NCBI GenBank assembly: GCA_963797555.1
Contig: CAWCPV010000010.1
Span: 32,001-96,000 of the forward strand
Direction: 5' to 3'
Length of the DNA stretch: 64,000 nt
Source: an uncultured Gammaproteobacteria bacterium
GTDB lineage: Bacteria > Pseudomonadota > Gammaproteobacteria > CAWCPV01
The notes under the pieces are model-generated. The model saw nothing but the letters and a program-made list of their open reading frames with translations. It had not been told where the DNA came from and did no database searches. Shown here one piece after another: positions 34,569 to 45,212 of the stretch (positions are counted from its first letter, which is position 1; each line of letters begins with the position of its first letter). Both the position numbers and the translations under genes were made by a program.

Positions 34569-35321
34569 CTAGCGGCCAACCTGGCCACGGGCCTCCCTCA
34601 TCAGCCGCTTCATCTCGGCCACTGCCTCCTTCAGGCCGGTAAACACCGCGCGGGCCACGATCGCGTGGCCGATGTTCAGCTCCCGCACCTGGGGGATGGA
34701 TGCGATGTCGTGCACGTTGTGATAATGGAGCCCGTGACCCGCGTTCACGGCGAGTCCGGCCGCCGCTGCCCGGCGCGCCGCCTCGCCCATCTTCTCCAAC
34801 TCCGCCCTGCGACGGTCGCCGCCCTGAGCCTCGGCGAAGTGCCCGGTGTGCAACTCGACGACGGGCGCACCACTCTCCGCGGCCGCATCCACTTGGCGCG
34901 GCTCGGCGTCGATGAAGAGCGACACACGCACCCCTGCTGCGCTCAACCGTGCGCACGCGCCCGCGATGCGTTGCTGATGAGCCGCGACGTTGAGACCGCC
35001 CTCGGTAGTAAGCTCTTCCCGGCGTTCGGGCACCAGGCAGCAATCCTCGGGGCGGATGCGCTCGGCAATAGCCAACATCTCGTCGGTCACCGCCATCTCA
35101 AGGTTCATGCGGGTGACGAGCACTCCTTTCAGCAGCTCCACATCCCGTTCCTGGATGTGGCGACGGTCTTCGCGCAGATGCAGGGTGATGGCGTCGGCGC
35201 CTGCCTCCTCCGCGAGCAGTGCAGCCTGGACGGGATCCGGGTAACGCGTGTGGCGGGCCTGCCTCAGCGTGGCCACATGGTCGATGTTGACGCCGAGAAG
35301 GATGCCGTCACTGGTCGCCAT
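34569..35321 (-). CDS. pdxJ: Pyridoxine 5'-phosphate synthase
   Basis: [43 protein letters not shown]. Confidence 0.98.
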   Translation of the reverse strand: MATSDGILLGVNIDHVATLRQARHTRYPDPVQAALLAEEAGADAITLHLREDRRHIQERDVELLKGVLVTRMNLEMAVTDEMLAIAERIRPEDCCLVPERREELTTEGGLNVAAHQQRIAGACARLSAAGVRVSLFIDAEPRQVDAAAESGAPVVELHTGHFAEAQGGDRRRAELEKMGEAARRAAAAGLAVNAGHGLHYHNVHDIASIPQVRELNIGHAIVARAVFTGLKEAVAEMKRLMREARGQVGR

Positions 35322-36093
35322 GTGGTGTCCTTACGGGGCACCCCGCGGCCGCGGGCGGGCCGTGCCATGACAAGCTAACCGCAGCCTTGCGGAAAAACTC
35401 TCGGCTCTTCAGGGGTCGGTCTCCGAGGTAGAGTCCCAGGGCCGCACGCAGCAAGCGCTTGGCCTCCTTCAAGCATCCTGGGTCCTCAAGGGCGTCGCGC
35501 GCGAGCGCAAGCAGCGTACGACCATGAACACGCACACCCGTCGCGCCATCACCCCGCAGGGGCCCCTTCTCCAGGCGATACGTGTACAGGCAGTCAGGAT
35601 CTATCGGGCATCCCCCTTCAGCCTCCTGCTCCAGCAACAGGCCGTACCCCAGCTCTTGGAGCAGGCGCTTCTCGAAGACCCTCAGGGAACGCTCCAGCGC
35701 CGCACCATCGCGTGCTGCCGAGAGGGCCCGGATGGCCCGGACGTACGCCTCATACAACCGCGTGTGCGGATCGTGGCGGACCAGCAGCCGCAGCAAGAGT
35801 TCGCTCAGATAGTAGCCGCAGAACAGGGTCCTGCCACTCAGGCGATCCGCGCCCTCCATCTCGGCGGACACCAGAGTCCCTAGATCTCCGCCTCCGACCC
35901 AGGACAACAGTAAACCCTGGAAGGGCTGCAACGCCCCCTGCATGGCGCTCTTCGGCCGACGTATGCCCCTGGCCACCAGACCCACCCTTCCCAGATCACG
36001 GGTGAACGCCTCCACCAGGGCACTCGTGTCGCGGTAAGGGCGGAGTTGCAGAACGTATCCCGGCTGCAACGCAACCCGGTCACGCCTCGTCAT
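35308..36093 (-). CDS. recO: DNA repair protein RecO
   Basis: [42 protein letters not shown]; between era and pdxJ. Confidence 0.95.
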   Translation of the reverse strand: MTRRDRVALQPGYVLQLRPYRDTSALVEAFTRDLGRVGLVARGIRRPKSAMQGALQPFQGLLLSWVGGGDLGTLVSAEMEGADRLSGRTLFCGYYLSELLLRLLVRHDPHTRLYEAYVRAIRALSAARDGAALERSLRVFEKRLLQELGYGLLLEQEAEGGCPIDPDCLYTYRLEKGPLRGDGATGVRVHGRTLLALARDALEDPGCLKEAKRLLRAALGLYLGDRPLKSREFFRKAAVSLSWHGPPAAAGCPVRTPHGDQ

Positions 36094-37039
36094 AGCCAAG
36101 GCTCCTCAGTGCCCGCTCGTCACCGGACCACCCCTCCCTGACTTTGACCCAGAGTTCCAAGAATACTCGCCCTCCGAACAGGTCCTGCATTTCCTCTCGG
36201 GCCAGCCCGCCCACCTCCTTGAGCCTAGCCCCCTGCTTCCCAATCACGATGGCCTTCTGCCCGGGCCGTTCGACCCAGATGAGGGCGCGCACGAAGCGCA
36301 CGCCCCCGCGCTCCGCAAACCCCTCCAGCTCCACTGTGAGCGCATAAGGCAGCTCCTCCCCCAGCGCCCGCGTCAGCTTCTCTCTCACCAGCTCGGCAGC
36401 CAGAAACCGTTCGCTTCGGTCCGTCACCTGGCCGGCCGGATAGAGCGGCGGAGAGGAAGGCAGCAGCCCCTTCACGCATTCCTCGAGAACGCCCAGATTG
36501 TCACCTCGGGTCGCCGACACGGGAACCAAGTGCCGGAACGGATAGCGCCCCTGGAACCGTTGCATGTAGGGCAACAGAAGGAGTTTATCGCGCACCCGAT
36601 CCACTTGGTTGATAGCCAGGACGACAGGCGCCTCGACAGTCTCCAACTGGTGCAGCGCGGCCTCGTCGGCCTCCGTCCATTGCAGGGCTCGAACCACCAA
36701 CACCGCCACGTCCACGTCGGCCATAACCGCGCGCGAGACGCGGCTCATATACCGGTTGATGGCACTTCCAGCGACCTGCTGAAGCCCTGGTGTGTCCACG
36801 TAGATTGTCTGCGCCTCGGCGGTCGTTTTGATCCCGTGTATGCGATGCCTAGTCGTCTGCGGCTTCGGCGACGTGATGCTGACTTTCTGCCCCACGAGAC
36901 GGTTCATGAGGGTGGACTTGCCCACATTCGGCCGCCCGAGCAGGGCTGCGTAGCCACATCGGAACGCATCCTCGGCGACGGCGAGCAGCGGTCGGTCGGA
37001 AGATGCCGGGAGCCCCGAGGAAGGCGCGTAGGTCCGCAT
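36080..37039 (-). CDS. era: GTPase Era
   Basis: GRPNVGKST, KPQTTR, DTPG, EELPY, IVIGKQG, LWVKV. Confidence 0.97.
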   Translation of the reverse strand: MRTYAPSSGLPASSDRPLLAVAEDAFRCGYAALLGRPNVGKSTLMNRLVGQKVSITSPKPQTTRHRIHGIKTTAEAQTIYVDTPGLQQVAGSAINRYMSRVSRAVMADVDVAVLVVRALQWTEADEAALHQLETVEAPVVLAINQVDRVRDKLLLLPYMQRFQGRYPFRHLVPVSATRGDNLGVLEECVKGLLPSSPPLYPAGQVTDRSERFLAAELVREKLTRALGEELPYALTVELEGFAERGGVRFVRALIWVERPGQKAIVIGKQGARLKEVGGLAREEMQDLFGGRVFLELWVKVREGWSGDERALRSLGYDEA

Positions 37040-37045
37040 CGCGGT

Positions 37046-37717
37046 CTAAACGTGCCCCAGCAGCCCCAGAAGCTTGCGCGCGGCCTCCTGCTCCGCCTTA
37101 CGGCGGCTGCTGCCCTTGCCCGTTGCACTGCGACCGAGCTCCAGCACGGAGCACTCGACGAGGAAGGACTGCTCATGGGGCTCCCCCGACACCTCTCGGA
37201 CGCGATAGCTGGGCAAGGACAGCCGCCTGGATTGCAACCATTCCTGCAGGAGGGTCTTCGGGTCCTTGAGCGACACCGCCGAGGTCACCGCCGCACGCTC
37301 TTCGAACAACGTCAGGATCACTCGCTCGCAGCCATCAAACCCGCCGTCCAGATAAATCGCGCCGATCACGGCCTCCAATGCGCCGGCCAAGATCGAGGGT
37401 CGTCGGTAGCCGCCACTTCGAATCTCTCCGGCACCCAATCGTAGATTGTCACCGAGCCCCAGTTGTTGCGCCTGAGTTGCAAGCGCTTCCTGGTTGACCA
37501 GTGTGGCTCGGAGCCGGCTCAGCCGACCTTCGTTGGCCTTTGGGTGGCGTCGATACAGGGCCGCAGCCACGACAGCATTCAACAGGGCGTCGCCTAGAAA
37601 CTCGAGTCGCTCGTTATGCGGCGTGCCCGCACTGCTGTGCGTCAGGGCCTCTTCGAGCAGAGCGGGATCGGCAAACTCGTAACCGAGAGTCCGGCAGAGG
37701 CCGGTCGTATCGCGCAT
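37046..37717 (-). CDS. rnc: Ribonuclease III
   Basis: ALTHSS, NERLEFLGD, dsRBD KDPKTLLQE, SRRKAEQEAA. Confidence 0.97.
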   Translation of the reverse strand: MRDTTGLCRTLGYEFADPALLEEALTHSSAGTPHNERLEFLGDALLNAVVAAALYRRHPKANEGRLSRLRATLVNQEALATQAQQLGLGDNLRLGAGEIRSGGYRRPSILAGALEAVIGAIYLDGGFDGCERVILTLFEERAAVTSAVSLKDPKTLLQEWLQSRRLSLPSYRVREVSGEPHEQSFLVECSVLELGRSATGKGSSRRKAEQEAARKLLGLLGHV

Positions 37718-38094
37718 CAGTGCGCGATGATCTCCTCGCTGTCGCTGAACTTGACCAGCAGGTAGATGTTGCCGATGAAAGGCCGCTGGACCTCGTAGTC
37801 GACGCCTACCGTGGTCCGACCGCCCTTCTGCTCGACGCTGAACTGCTTGGGTTCCACAACGGTGATATAGTTGATGTACAGGCGTTTCTCTATGAGCCTA
37901 CGTATCTCCAGAGGAGTCTTCTTGGTAATCTCGGGCTCGTGCTGAAGGGACTCCAGCACGGACTGCACCGTATAGTTGTCCAGATAGACTGGCACCAGCC
38001 TCAGCCCGAGCAGCGCGAAGAACCCAATCAGTGCCAGCACGATGACCCAACCGATCAGGGTCATTCCACGCTGGGTACGCCTTAGTGCGGTCAT
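37717..38094 (-). CDS. DUF4845 domain protein
   Basis: QRGMTLIG pilin-like N-terminus plus TM, PVYLDNY; usual slot between lepB and rnc. Confidence 0.85.
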   Translation of the reverse strand: MTALRRTQRGMTLIGWVIVLALIGFFALLGLRLVPVYLDNYTVQSVLESLQHEPEITKKTPLEIRRLIEKRLYINYITVVEPKQFSVEQKGGRTTVGVDYEVQRPFIGNIYLLVKFSDSEEIIAH

Positions 38095-38151
38095 TACATA
38101 CCCCCCTCTGTATGAGCATCTGCCCTCGTGGACCGGGCGGACCCCCGCCCG

Positions 38152-38964
38152 CTAGTGAATAGACGTGCCGATGCGCTTCGCGTCGACGCCCCCATTGGCC
38201 GAGCTCCAGTTCATCCACACGAGAAACGCTTTACCCACCAGATTCTCCTCGGGAACCGTGCCCCAGTACCGGCTATCGTTGCTGTTGTCGCGGTTATCGC
38301 CCATCACGAAGTAGCGCCCGTCGGGGACACGGAACTGACCTTCCATGGAGGGCTTCCACGGTTGCAACAGTATACGGTGGTTCACGCCCGTCAAGTCCTC
38401 CTTGCGCAGCATCGAATTCGGCACCAGTTGGACCTCGGCGCCATCATAGGGGCCAATGAGCTGCTGCGGCTGGCGCTGCCCGTTCACATACACCACCTTG
38501 TCGTAGTACCCGATCAGATCCCCCGGTAACCCGACTACACGCTTAATGTAGTCCACGGACGGATTATCCGGGAAGCGGAACACGACCACGTCTCCTCGCC
38601 TCGGCTCGCCGATGGAAAGAACCTTCGCATTCAATACCGGCAAGCGAATGCCATAGGAGAACTTGTTCACCAGGATGAAATCGCCAACGAGCAGCGTGGG
38701 CATCATGGAGCCGGATGGGATGCGAAACGGCTCGACAAGGAACGAGCGGATCACCAGTACGACCAGCAATACCGGGAAAAACGCCCGCGCATACTCCACG
38801 ATAAGCGGCCCTTGACGCGCCCGCTTGAGCTTCGCCTCGTCCGCGCCTTGGGCGCGCAGTTTTTCGATGCGGGGTCGGCGCCGAGGTCCGAGCCAGACTG
38901 CATCCACCAACCAGACCAAGCCCGTGACCATCACGGCCAGCGTCAAAATCGTCGCAAAATCCAT
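38152..38964 (-). CDS. lepB: Signal peptidase I
   Basis: EPFRIPSGSMMPTL, DYIKRVVG, GDNRDNSNDSRYWG. Confidence 0.97.
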   Translation of the reverse strand: MDFATILTLAVMVTGLVWLVDAVWLGPRRRPRIEKLRAQGADEAKLKRARQGPLIVEYARAFFPVLLVVLVIRSFLVEPFRIPSGSMMPTLLVGDFILVNKFSYGIRLPVLNAKVLSIGEPRRGDVVVFRFPDNPSVDYIKRVVGLPGDLIGYYDKVVYVNGQRQPQQLIGPYDGAEVQLVPNSMLRKEDLTGVNHRILLQPWKPSMEGQFRVPDGRYFVMGDNRDNSNDSRYWGTVPEENLVGKAFLVWMNWSSANGGVDAKRIGTSIH

Positions 38965-39017
38965 GTCTGTCGTCCGCTCTCTGAGTTGGCCCTGCCCGCC
39001 AGGGCCACTGTGGCCCC

Positions 39018-40821
39018 TTATTTCTTTCCGACCTGAAGCACGGCCAGGAACGCCTCCTGGGGCACCTCCACTGCACCCAACTGCTTCATCCGCTTCTTGC
39101 CCTCTTTCTGCTTCTCGAGAAGCTTGCGCTTACGCGTTATATCACCCCCGTAGCACTTGGCTGTCACATTCTTGCGCAGCGCCTTCACGGTCTGTCGCGC
39201 GACCACCTGGGAGCCGATGGCCGCCTGAATAGCCACCTCGAACATCTGACGTGGGATGAGGCCCTTCATCGTCTCCACCAACTCGCGCCCGCGCTGGTGG
39301 GCTTGGCCACGATGCAGGATGAGGGACAGGGCGTCCACGCGGTCTTTGTTGATGAGGATGTCCAGCTTGACCAGATCCGCAGGCTGAAAACGGGCGAACG
39401 AGTAGTCTAGCGACGCATAACCGCGGCTCAAGGACTTTAGCCGGTCGAAAAAGTCCAGCACCACTTCGTTCAGCGGCAGCTCGTAAGTCAACGCCACCTG
39501 CCTGCCCACGTAGTGGAGGCGTTTCTGGACCCCGCGCTTTTCCTCGCACAGACCGATCACGTTTCCCAGGTATTGCTGGGGTGAGAGCACGTTGGCCAGG
39601 ATGATGGGCTCCCGGATCTCGGCGATCCGGCTGGCCGGGGGTAGTCTGGCAGGATTCTCGACCCGTACTATCCGGCCGTCGGTGGTGAGGACCTCGTAGA
39701 CCACCGTCGGCGCCGTGGTAATCAGATTCAGCGCATATTCTCGCTCCAGTCGTTCCTGCACAATGTCCATGTGCAGCAAACCCAGGAAACCGCAGCGAAA
39801 CCCGAAGCCCAAGGCTTCCAACGTCTCCCGGCTCGTAGTGCAAGGCCGCGTCGTTCAGACGGAGCTTGGCCAGTGCATCGCGCAACGCCTCGTAATCCGC
39901 CGCGCTGGCCGGGTACAGTCCGGCGAAGACCTGCGACTGGACCGCCTTGAAACCCGGCAGGGACATTTTCGCAGGATGGTCCGCGTGAGTCAGGGTATCG
40001 CCGACGGGCGCTCCGTCAACCTCTTTGATCCCAGCCACGACAAAACCGACCTCGCCGGCTCTCAGCATGTCAGTGCGCTGGGACTTGGGTGTGAAGATAC
40101 CCACCGCATCCACCAGGTAGGCGCGCCCCGTGGACATGACCTGAATCTTCTGGCGCGCCGCCAGTGTCCCCTGCTTCACACGCACCAGGGAGACGACGCC
40201 AAGGTAGTTGTCGAACCTCGAATCGATGATGAGCGCCGTGAGAGGCGCGTGCGGGTCGCCCGCGGGCGGCGGAATGCGAACAATGATCTCTTCCAGTAAA
40301 TCGGGAACGCCCTGGCCGGTCTTGGCACTCACGCGCAGGGCACTCTTCGCGTCGATGCCTATGATGTCCTCGATCTCCTGGATGACCCGGTCCGGGTCCG
40401 CGGCTGGCAGGTCCATCTTGTTCAATACCGGGACGACCTCGAGGCCCTGCTCGATAGCAGTGTAGCAGTTGGCCACACTCTGAGCCTCCACGCCTTGGGC
40501 GGCATCGACGACCAGTAACGCCCCTTCGCAGGCTGCGAGAGACCGGGACACCTCGTAGGAAAAGTCGACGTGTCCAGGGGTATCGATGAAGTTCAGGAGG
40601 TACGTGTTTCCGTCCCGAGAGCGGTACTGTAGCGACACGCTTTGGGCCTTGATCGTAATCCCTCGCTCGCGCTCGAGGTCCATGGAGTCCAGGACCTGCT
40701 CCGCCATCTCACGGTCGCTCAGCCCTCCGCAAAGCTGGATGAAGCGGTCGGCCAGCGTGGACTTGCCATGGTCAATGTGGGCGATGATAGAGAAATTGCG
40801 GATATGCCGACCTTCCACCAC
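39018..40821 (-). CDS. lepA: Elongation factor 4 (frameshift near 39828, probably a sequencing error)
   Basis: [25 protein letters not shown]. An extra G in CCGGGAG splits [21 protein letters not shown]-terminal [14 protein letters not shown]. Confidence 0.96.
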
Positions 40822-41007
40822 CTGCGTTTCACACCTACGCTCGGGCGAGGGACAGGCGGCCGGTACCCGGCTGCCGCCCCCGCAGCACAAACCAGCTAGT
40901 GTAGGGGATTCGCTGCCTTCGCGAAATAGGGCGCCGACTGTGGCCCCTGCGGCCCATTGCCGGGGGGAGGGCCCGTACCCTCCCCCACCATGCGCGTCGC
41001 CGGACCC

Positions 41008-42433
41008 TCAGCCCTCAGGCAGCCGCAGCGCAAGGAACAGGGCGGCATCCCCACGCTGCACCAGAACAGGGACCCACTTCCGGGCCGGCAACTTTGCGAC
41101 CAGACCTGATAGCTGGCCTACGTTCTGGATCTGGACATTGTTCATCATCACGATGACGTCTCCCGCCCGAATGCCCCCATCCTTGGCGGGGCCCGGCTTG
41201 AACGTCCTTCACCACGACGCCGTGGTCCACCCCCAGCCGTTCGCGCTCCTCCTTGTCGGCGAGGTCGGCGACGTCGAGCCCCAGGCGGTCGGCGATGACC
41301 GCGGGCGGCCCTCCGCCAGCCAGCTTTAGCTTCTCCTGATCCGGCAGCTGTCCCACCGCCAGTTTGAGTGTCATCTTCTTACCCTGGCGCAGAATTACCA
41401 GCTCGGCCTCCTTGCCCACGCGCGTCCTGCCGACCAGCGGGGGCAACTCGGCGGACCGCTCGACGGGAACACCGTTGTACTCCAGAATGATATCCCCCAC
41501 TTGGACCCCAGCCTTCTCTGCAGGGCTGCCCGGCAGCAGCTTCGCCACGAGGGCTCCCATCGGTTTCGCCAGTCCGAACGACTCAGCCAGCTCACGGGTG
41601 ACATCCTGGATGTAGACCCCGAGCCAACCCCGCGTCACGTGCCCGGTGGCCTTGATCTGCTGGACGACGTCCATGGCCACGTCGATTGGAATCGCGAAGG
41701 ACAGGCCCATGAAGCCGCCCGTGCGGCTGTAGATCTGGGCATTTACTCCAATGACTTGGCCGTCCAGATTGAATAAAGGTCCTCCCGAATTACCGGGGTT
41801 GATCGCAGTATCCGTCTGAATGTATGGCACGTAGTTCCCATTCGGAAGACTACGCCCCAGCGCACTGATGATACCCGCCGTGGCCGAGTGGTCGAAGCCA
41901 AAAGGCGAGCCGATCGCCAGCACCCACTGGCCGACCTTCAGCTCGCTGGACTTGCCGATCTTGACGGTAGGCAGGTTGTCGGCATCCACTTTGACCAGAG
42001 CCACGTCGCTGGGCTCGTCCGAGCCCACCACCTTTGCCTCCAGCTCGCGGCGGTCACTCAGTCGCACGACGATCTCGTCAGCGTCCTGCACGACGTGGTA
42101 GTTCGTCAGGATGTAGCCATCACCGGAGATGATGAATCCGGAGCCCAGGGACTCGGTGTTGAACTCTTGTATCTGAGGGGCTTCCTCGAGGAATTTGCGC
42201 AGCCAGTCGCCGAACGGGTGTCCCTCGGGCAGACCAGGGATGTCGAACTTCTGCGGCAGCTTCGGAAGGCGCCGCTTCACCTTCTGGCTGGTGCTGATGT
42301 TGACCACCGCGGCATTGTTCTGCGCGAACAGCTCGGTGAAATCCGGCAGCTCACGCGCATAGCCCGGCGCCGTGGCGAGCCACAGGACCACCCACAGGAC
42401 AAACTGAGACCGCCAGTGGAGCAACGTCTTCAT
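41008..42433 (-). CDS. DegP/MucD-type periplasmic serine protease (frameshift near 41190, probably a sequencing error)
   Basis: SLGSGFII, TNYHVV, INPGNSGGPL, two PDZ domains. Removing one base in GCCGGGCCCC restores PAKDGGIRAGDVI..LFLALRLPEG. Follows rseC. Confidence 0.93.
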
Positions 42434-42463
42434 ACCACCTCCTGATTTCCAATGAGAAGCCAT

Positions 42464-42916
42464 CTATTCCTTCGCACGTCGCAGGATGACGGGCTGATAC
42501 TTGGCGTCCCGCGCTGTCCGCGCCCCGAAGTGCCGAGTCCACAGCAGCCCGAAGACGAGACCGAGCACACCGGCGCCCGCGCTCCAGCCCTCTTGAACGC
42601 CGCCAGTGAAGTGTGCCGTCAGCCCCCGGCCGAGCATGGAGCACGCCAACAGAGATGCCACCGGAACGAGGTACACCGCCAGCGACCCGGCCACGAGAGC
42701 ACGTTCGCTCAGTCCGACCACGACGTCCTCGCCCTCCCGGGCGCCCACGCAGTTGAGGACCCTGAATTGAAGCGGCTTGCGCCACAGCCCTCGGGCCAGT
42801 GCCGCAGCCCCGCAGCCGGGGCCACTCGCACAGCCGTCGCACGCGCTGCGACGCCGCGCCTCCACCCAAGCGTACGACCCCTGGTCTCGGACGACGCGCG
42901 CGTGTTCCTCGATCAT
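42464..42916 (-). CDS. rseC: RseC/MucC family protein
   Basis: MIEEHARVV, SACDGC....GCG, YLVP, two TMs, YQPVIL. Confidence 0.9.
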   Translation of the reverse strand: MIEEHARVVRDQGSYAWVEARRRSACDGCASGPGCGAAALARGLWRKPLQFRVLNCVGAREGEDVVVGLSERALVAGSLAVYLVPVASLLACSMLGRGLTAHFTGGVQEGWSAGAGVLGLVFGLLWTRHFGARTARDAKYQPVILRRAKE

Positions 42917-42918
42917 GG

Positions 42919-43914
42919 CTACACGCCCTTAACCCGGATGGAATCACCGATGCGCTGCACCGTAGCAGCCGGTACCTCTCCCACGACGGTGATCAGCAGA
43001 TCCTTCAGTGGCCGGCGGTATACATGGACCGCCCCCATCGCCTGGACGTGGGTCCGGCCCGCCGGGGCTGCACCGCCCGCCTTATCCGCTTCCTCCACGA
43101 ACAGTGAAACCGACGCCAGTCCATCCGTATAGACGACGTGGTCCGCCGCCGGACCGTTCGGCACCACCTGGCGCCTTTCGTGGACCGTCTGCGAGAATCC
43201 GGCCGGCAGCCACGTCACGCGCCAGCGCTCGTCGTCCGGGATGCTGTTACCCGCATCGGGCATGCGCCAAGTCAGATGACGGCCATGCGTCTGCGGCTCC
43301 AGCAGCGCGGGCGGCACGTGCGGCACGATGTCGATGGTGGTGAATAAGATCTGCTCCACCTGTTGCCCCGCCGCGTCCACAGTCTGTGACTTCAGTAACA
43401 GCGCGCTATCGTCATCCAGCCACAGGTCGTAACCGTAGCGGAACGAATCCTTTGGACGGATCATTACGTGTCTGGCCCCGCGGCCTGCCACGCGGTCGGT
43501 GCCCTCAAGGTGAAAGTCGTAGGATTTTTCAATGAGCGCGAACCGGTCGGCGAACAACTTCGGAAAAGGGCTGCGCGCACGCTTGGTGCCCACCTCGACC
43601 GCCGCCTCATCCGGAAGGATACAGGTCACCGTGTTGTTCTCGCGAATGACCTCGCGGACGGGCCCCGTGAGCGCGACCAAGCGCTCCCTCTCTGAGCCCC
43701 CCTCAACGCTGCGGATCACCCGCATCACGTCCGCCTTCGCACCCTGTACGTAAACGAATATGCCATCGTAGCTCAGCGAGTGGTCGGCGCGCGCCATTCG
43801 TTCCAGCCACGCTCGGGCATCGTCGTCGGCATGCACCAGCCCGCATTCGGCGAGCTGCAGAGCAACAAACAGCACCAGCGCGCGGCTGCGGCCGCGAGCA
43901 TGCACGCGACGCAT
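42919..43914 (-). CDS. rseB: Sigma-E regulatory protein RseB/MucB
   Basis: WLERM, YDGIFVY, ERERLVALTGPVREV, RVAGR, WLPAGF, YTDGLASVSLFVE. Confidence 0.92.
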   Translation of the reverse strand: MRRVHARGRSRALVLFVALQLAECGLVHADDDARAWLERMARADHSLSYDGIFVYVQGAKADVMRVIRSVEGGSERERLVALTGPVREVIRENNTVTCILPDEAAVEVGTKRARSPFPKLFADRFALIEKSYDFHLEGTDRVAGRGARHVMIRPKDSFRYGYDLWLDDDSALLLKSQTVDAAGQQVEQILFTTIDIVPHVPPALLEPQTHGRHLTWRMPDAGNSIPDDERWRVTWLPAGFSQTVHERRQVVPNGPAADHVVYTDGLASVSLFVEEADKAGGAAPAGRTHVQAMGAVHVYRRPLKDLLITVVGEVPAATVQRIGDSIRVKGV

Positions 43915-43916
43915 GG

Positions 43917-44456
43917 CTATCGGGTCGAGTGCCCGACCACCCTCACGTAGGGCAGCAAGCCGGGCATGCCGGCGACCGAGGCGTGGGCACTGTGGTCAAG
44001 CAGGTAGTTGTAAAGTCTGGCATAGGTTACCGGGGTCTCGCCGGCATGCGGGGCCGACGCCGATGTCACGACGCTGGGGGCCTGGGCGAGGCTGGCAACG
44101 GGAGGCGCCGCCAGCTCGGATTTCTCGCTCAGACGGTAGACGCCGAGCACCGCTATCGTGGTAATGGACGCCGCCATCGCCAGACCGAGCAATTCCTTGG
44201 TTCCGAAGCGCCACCCCAAGCGGGGGGCCAGAATGGTGGCTTCCGCCTCAAGGGCCTCACGCACCCTCTCGGCCAATGCCGGATCCACGACATCGGCCAG
44301 ATGGTTTCGTAGCGTGTCGCTGATCAAGTGGTAGTGTGCCCAGCGCCTGCGCAGGCCGGGGTCGCGCTCCAGCTTGTCCAGGAGTCCGGGCAGGATCGGG
44401 TCTTCCAGCTCGCCGTCCACGAGCCGGGAGATGTACTCGCCGCTGTCATCGCTCAT
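43917..44456 (-). CDS. rseA: Anti-sigma-E factor RseA/MucA
   Basis: ISRLVDGEL, WAHYHLISDTLR, LAMAAS TM, YLLDH; follows rpoE. Confidence 0.9.
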   Translation of the reverse strand: MSDDSGEYISRLVDGELEDPILPGLLDKLERDPGLRRRWAHYHLISDTLRNHLADVVDPALAERVREALEAEATILAPRLGWRFGTKELLGLAMAASITTIAVLGVYRLSEKSELAAPPVASLAQAPSVVTSASAPHAGETPVTYARLYNYLLDHSAHASVAGMPGLLPYVRVVGHSTR

Positions 44457-44466
44457 GTTCATACGA

Positions 44467-45048
44467 TCATCTGCCTTCCAACAGGGGTTCCAGCTTGCGG
44501 TTGATGGCCTCACGCGCACGGAAGATGCGTGAGCGCACGGTACCGATCGGGCATTCCATGGCCTGCGCGATCTCCTCGTAGCTAAGGCCCTCGAGCTCCC
44601 GCAAGGTGATGGCCGTGCGCAGGTCTTCGGGTAGCTGCTCGATCGCCTCCATGACTGTGCGCTCGATCTCGTCCTTCAGAAGCAGTCTTTCCGGGGTCGC
44701 ATACTCTTTCAGACTCGATTCACCTTCATATTGCTCCGCATCAAGGGCATCGATGTCCTCGTCCGGAGGTCGCCGGCCCTGAGCAACGAGGTGATTCTTG
44801 GCAGTATTGATGGCGATCCGATACATCCATGTGTAAAAGGCGCTGTCTCCTCGGAACTTAGGCAGCGCCCGGTAGGCCCGCAGCATTGCTTCCTGCGTGA
44901 CGTCGAGAACCTCGGACGGGTCGTGGATATAGCGCGACACGAGCTTCGTGATCTTGTGTTGGTATTTCAACACGAGCAGATCGAACGCCTTCTTGTCACC
45001 CCGCTGAACCCTCTCGACAAGGACTTGATCAGCCTGCTGCTCGCCCAT
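44467..45048 (-). CDS. rpoE: RNA polymerase sigma factor RpoE/AlgU
   Basis: LVERVQRGDKKAFDLLVLKYQHK, FRGDSAFYTWMYRIAINTAKN, CPIGTVRSRIFRARE. Confidence 0.98.
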   Translation of the reverse strand: MGEQQADQVLVERVQRGDKKAFDLLVLKYQHKITKLVSRYIHDPSEVLDVTQEAMLRAYRALPKFRGDSAFYTWMYRIAINTAKNHLVAQGRRPPDEDIDALDAEQYEGESSLKEYATPERLLLKDEIERTVMEAIEQLPEDLRTAITLRELEGLSYEEIAQAMECPIGTVRSRIFRAREAINRKLEPLLEGR

Positions 45049-45095
45049 GCGGGCATTCCCCTTTTTTTTCTGAGCAAGTCCTTTTGCACACCGCT

Positions 45096-45122
45096 ATAGA
45101 CACTGGTGTTTGCATATGGTTC
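45096..45122 (-). promoter_or_regulatory. Putative sigma-E autoregulatory promoter
   Basis: Minus strand GAACCA-16bp-TCTAT, close to the GAACTT-N16-TCtAa consensus, ~50 bp upstream of rpoE. Confidence 0.6.
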
Positions 45123-45212
45123 GCGCCTGCGAAGGGACCAGGGTGGATTTTCCCCATTCTCCTGCCACCCTGAGCCGGTTATATTGACGGACATTTGGAC
45201 AGGCCGGTTATT

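Noticed and set aside
39018-40890. Split lepA, purB or sdhA as programmed frameshifting
   Set aside because: No canonical slippery heptamer with a stimulator, and no precedent known to me in these genes; assembly indels are more parsimonious.
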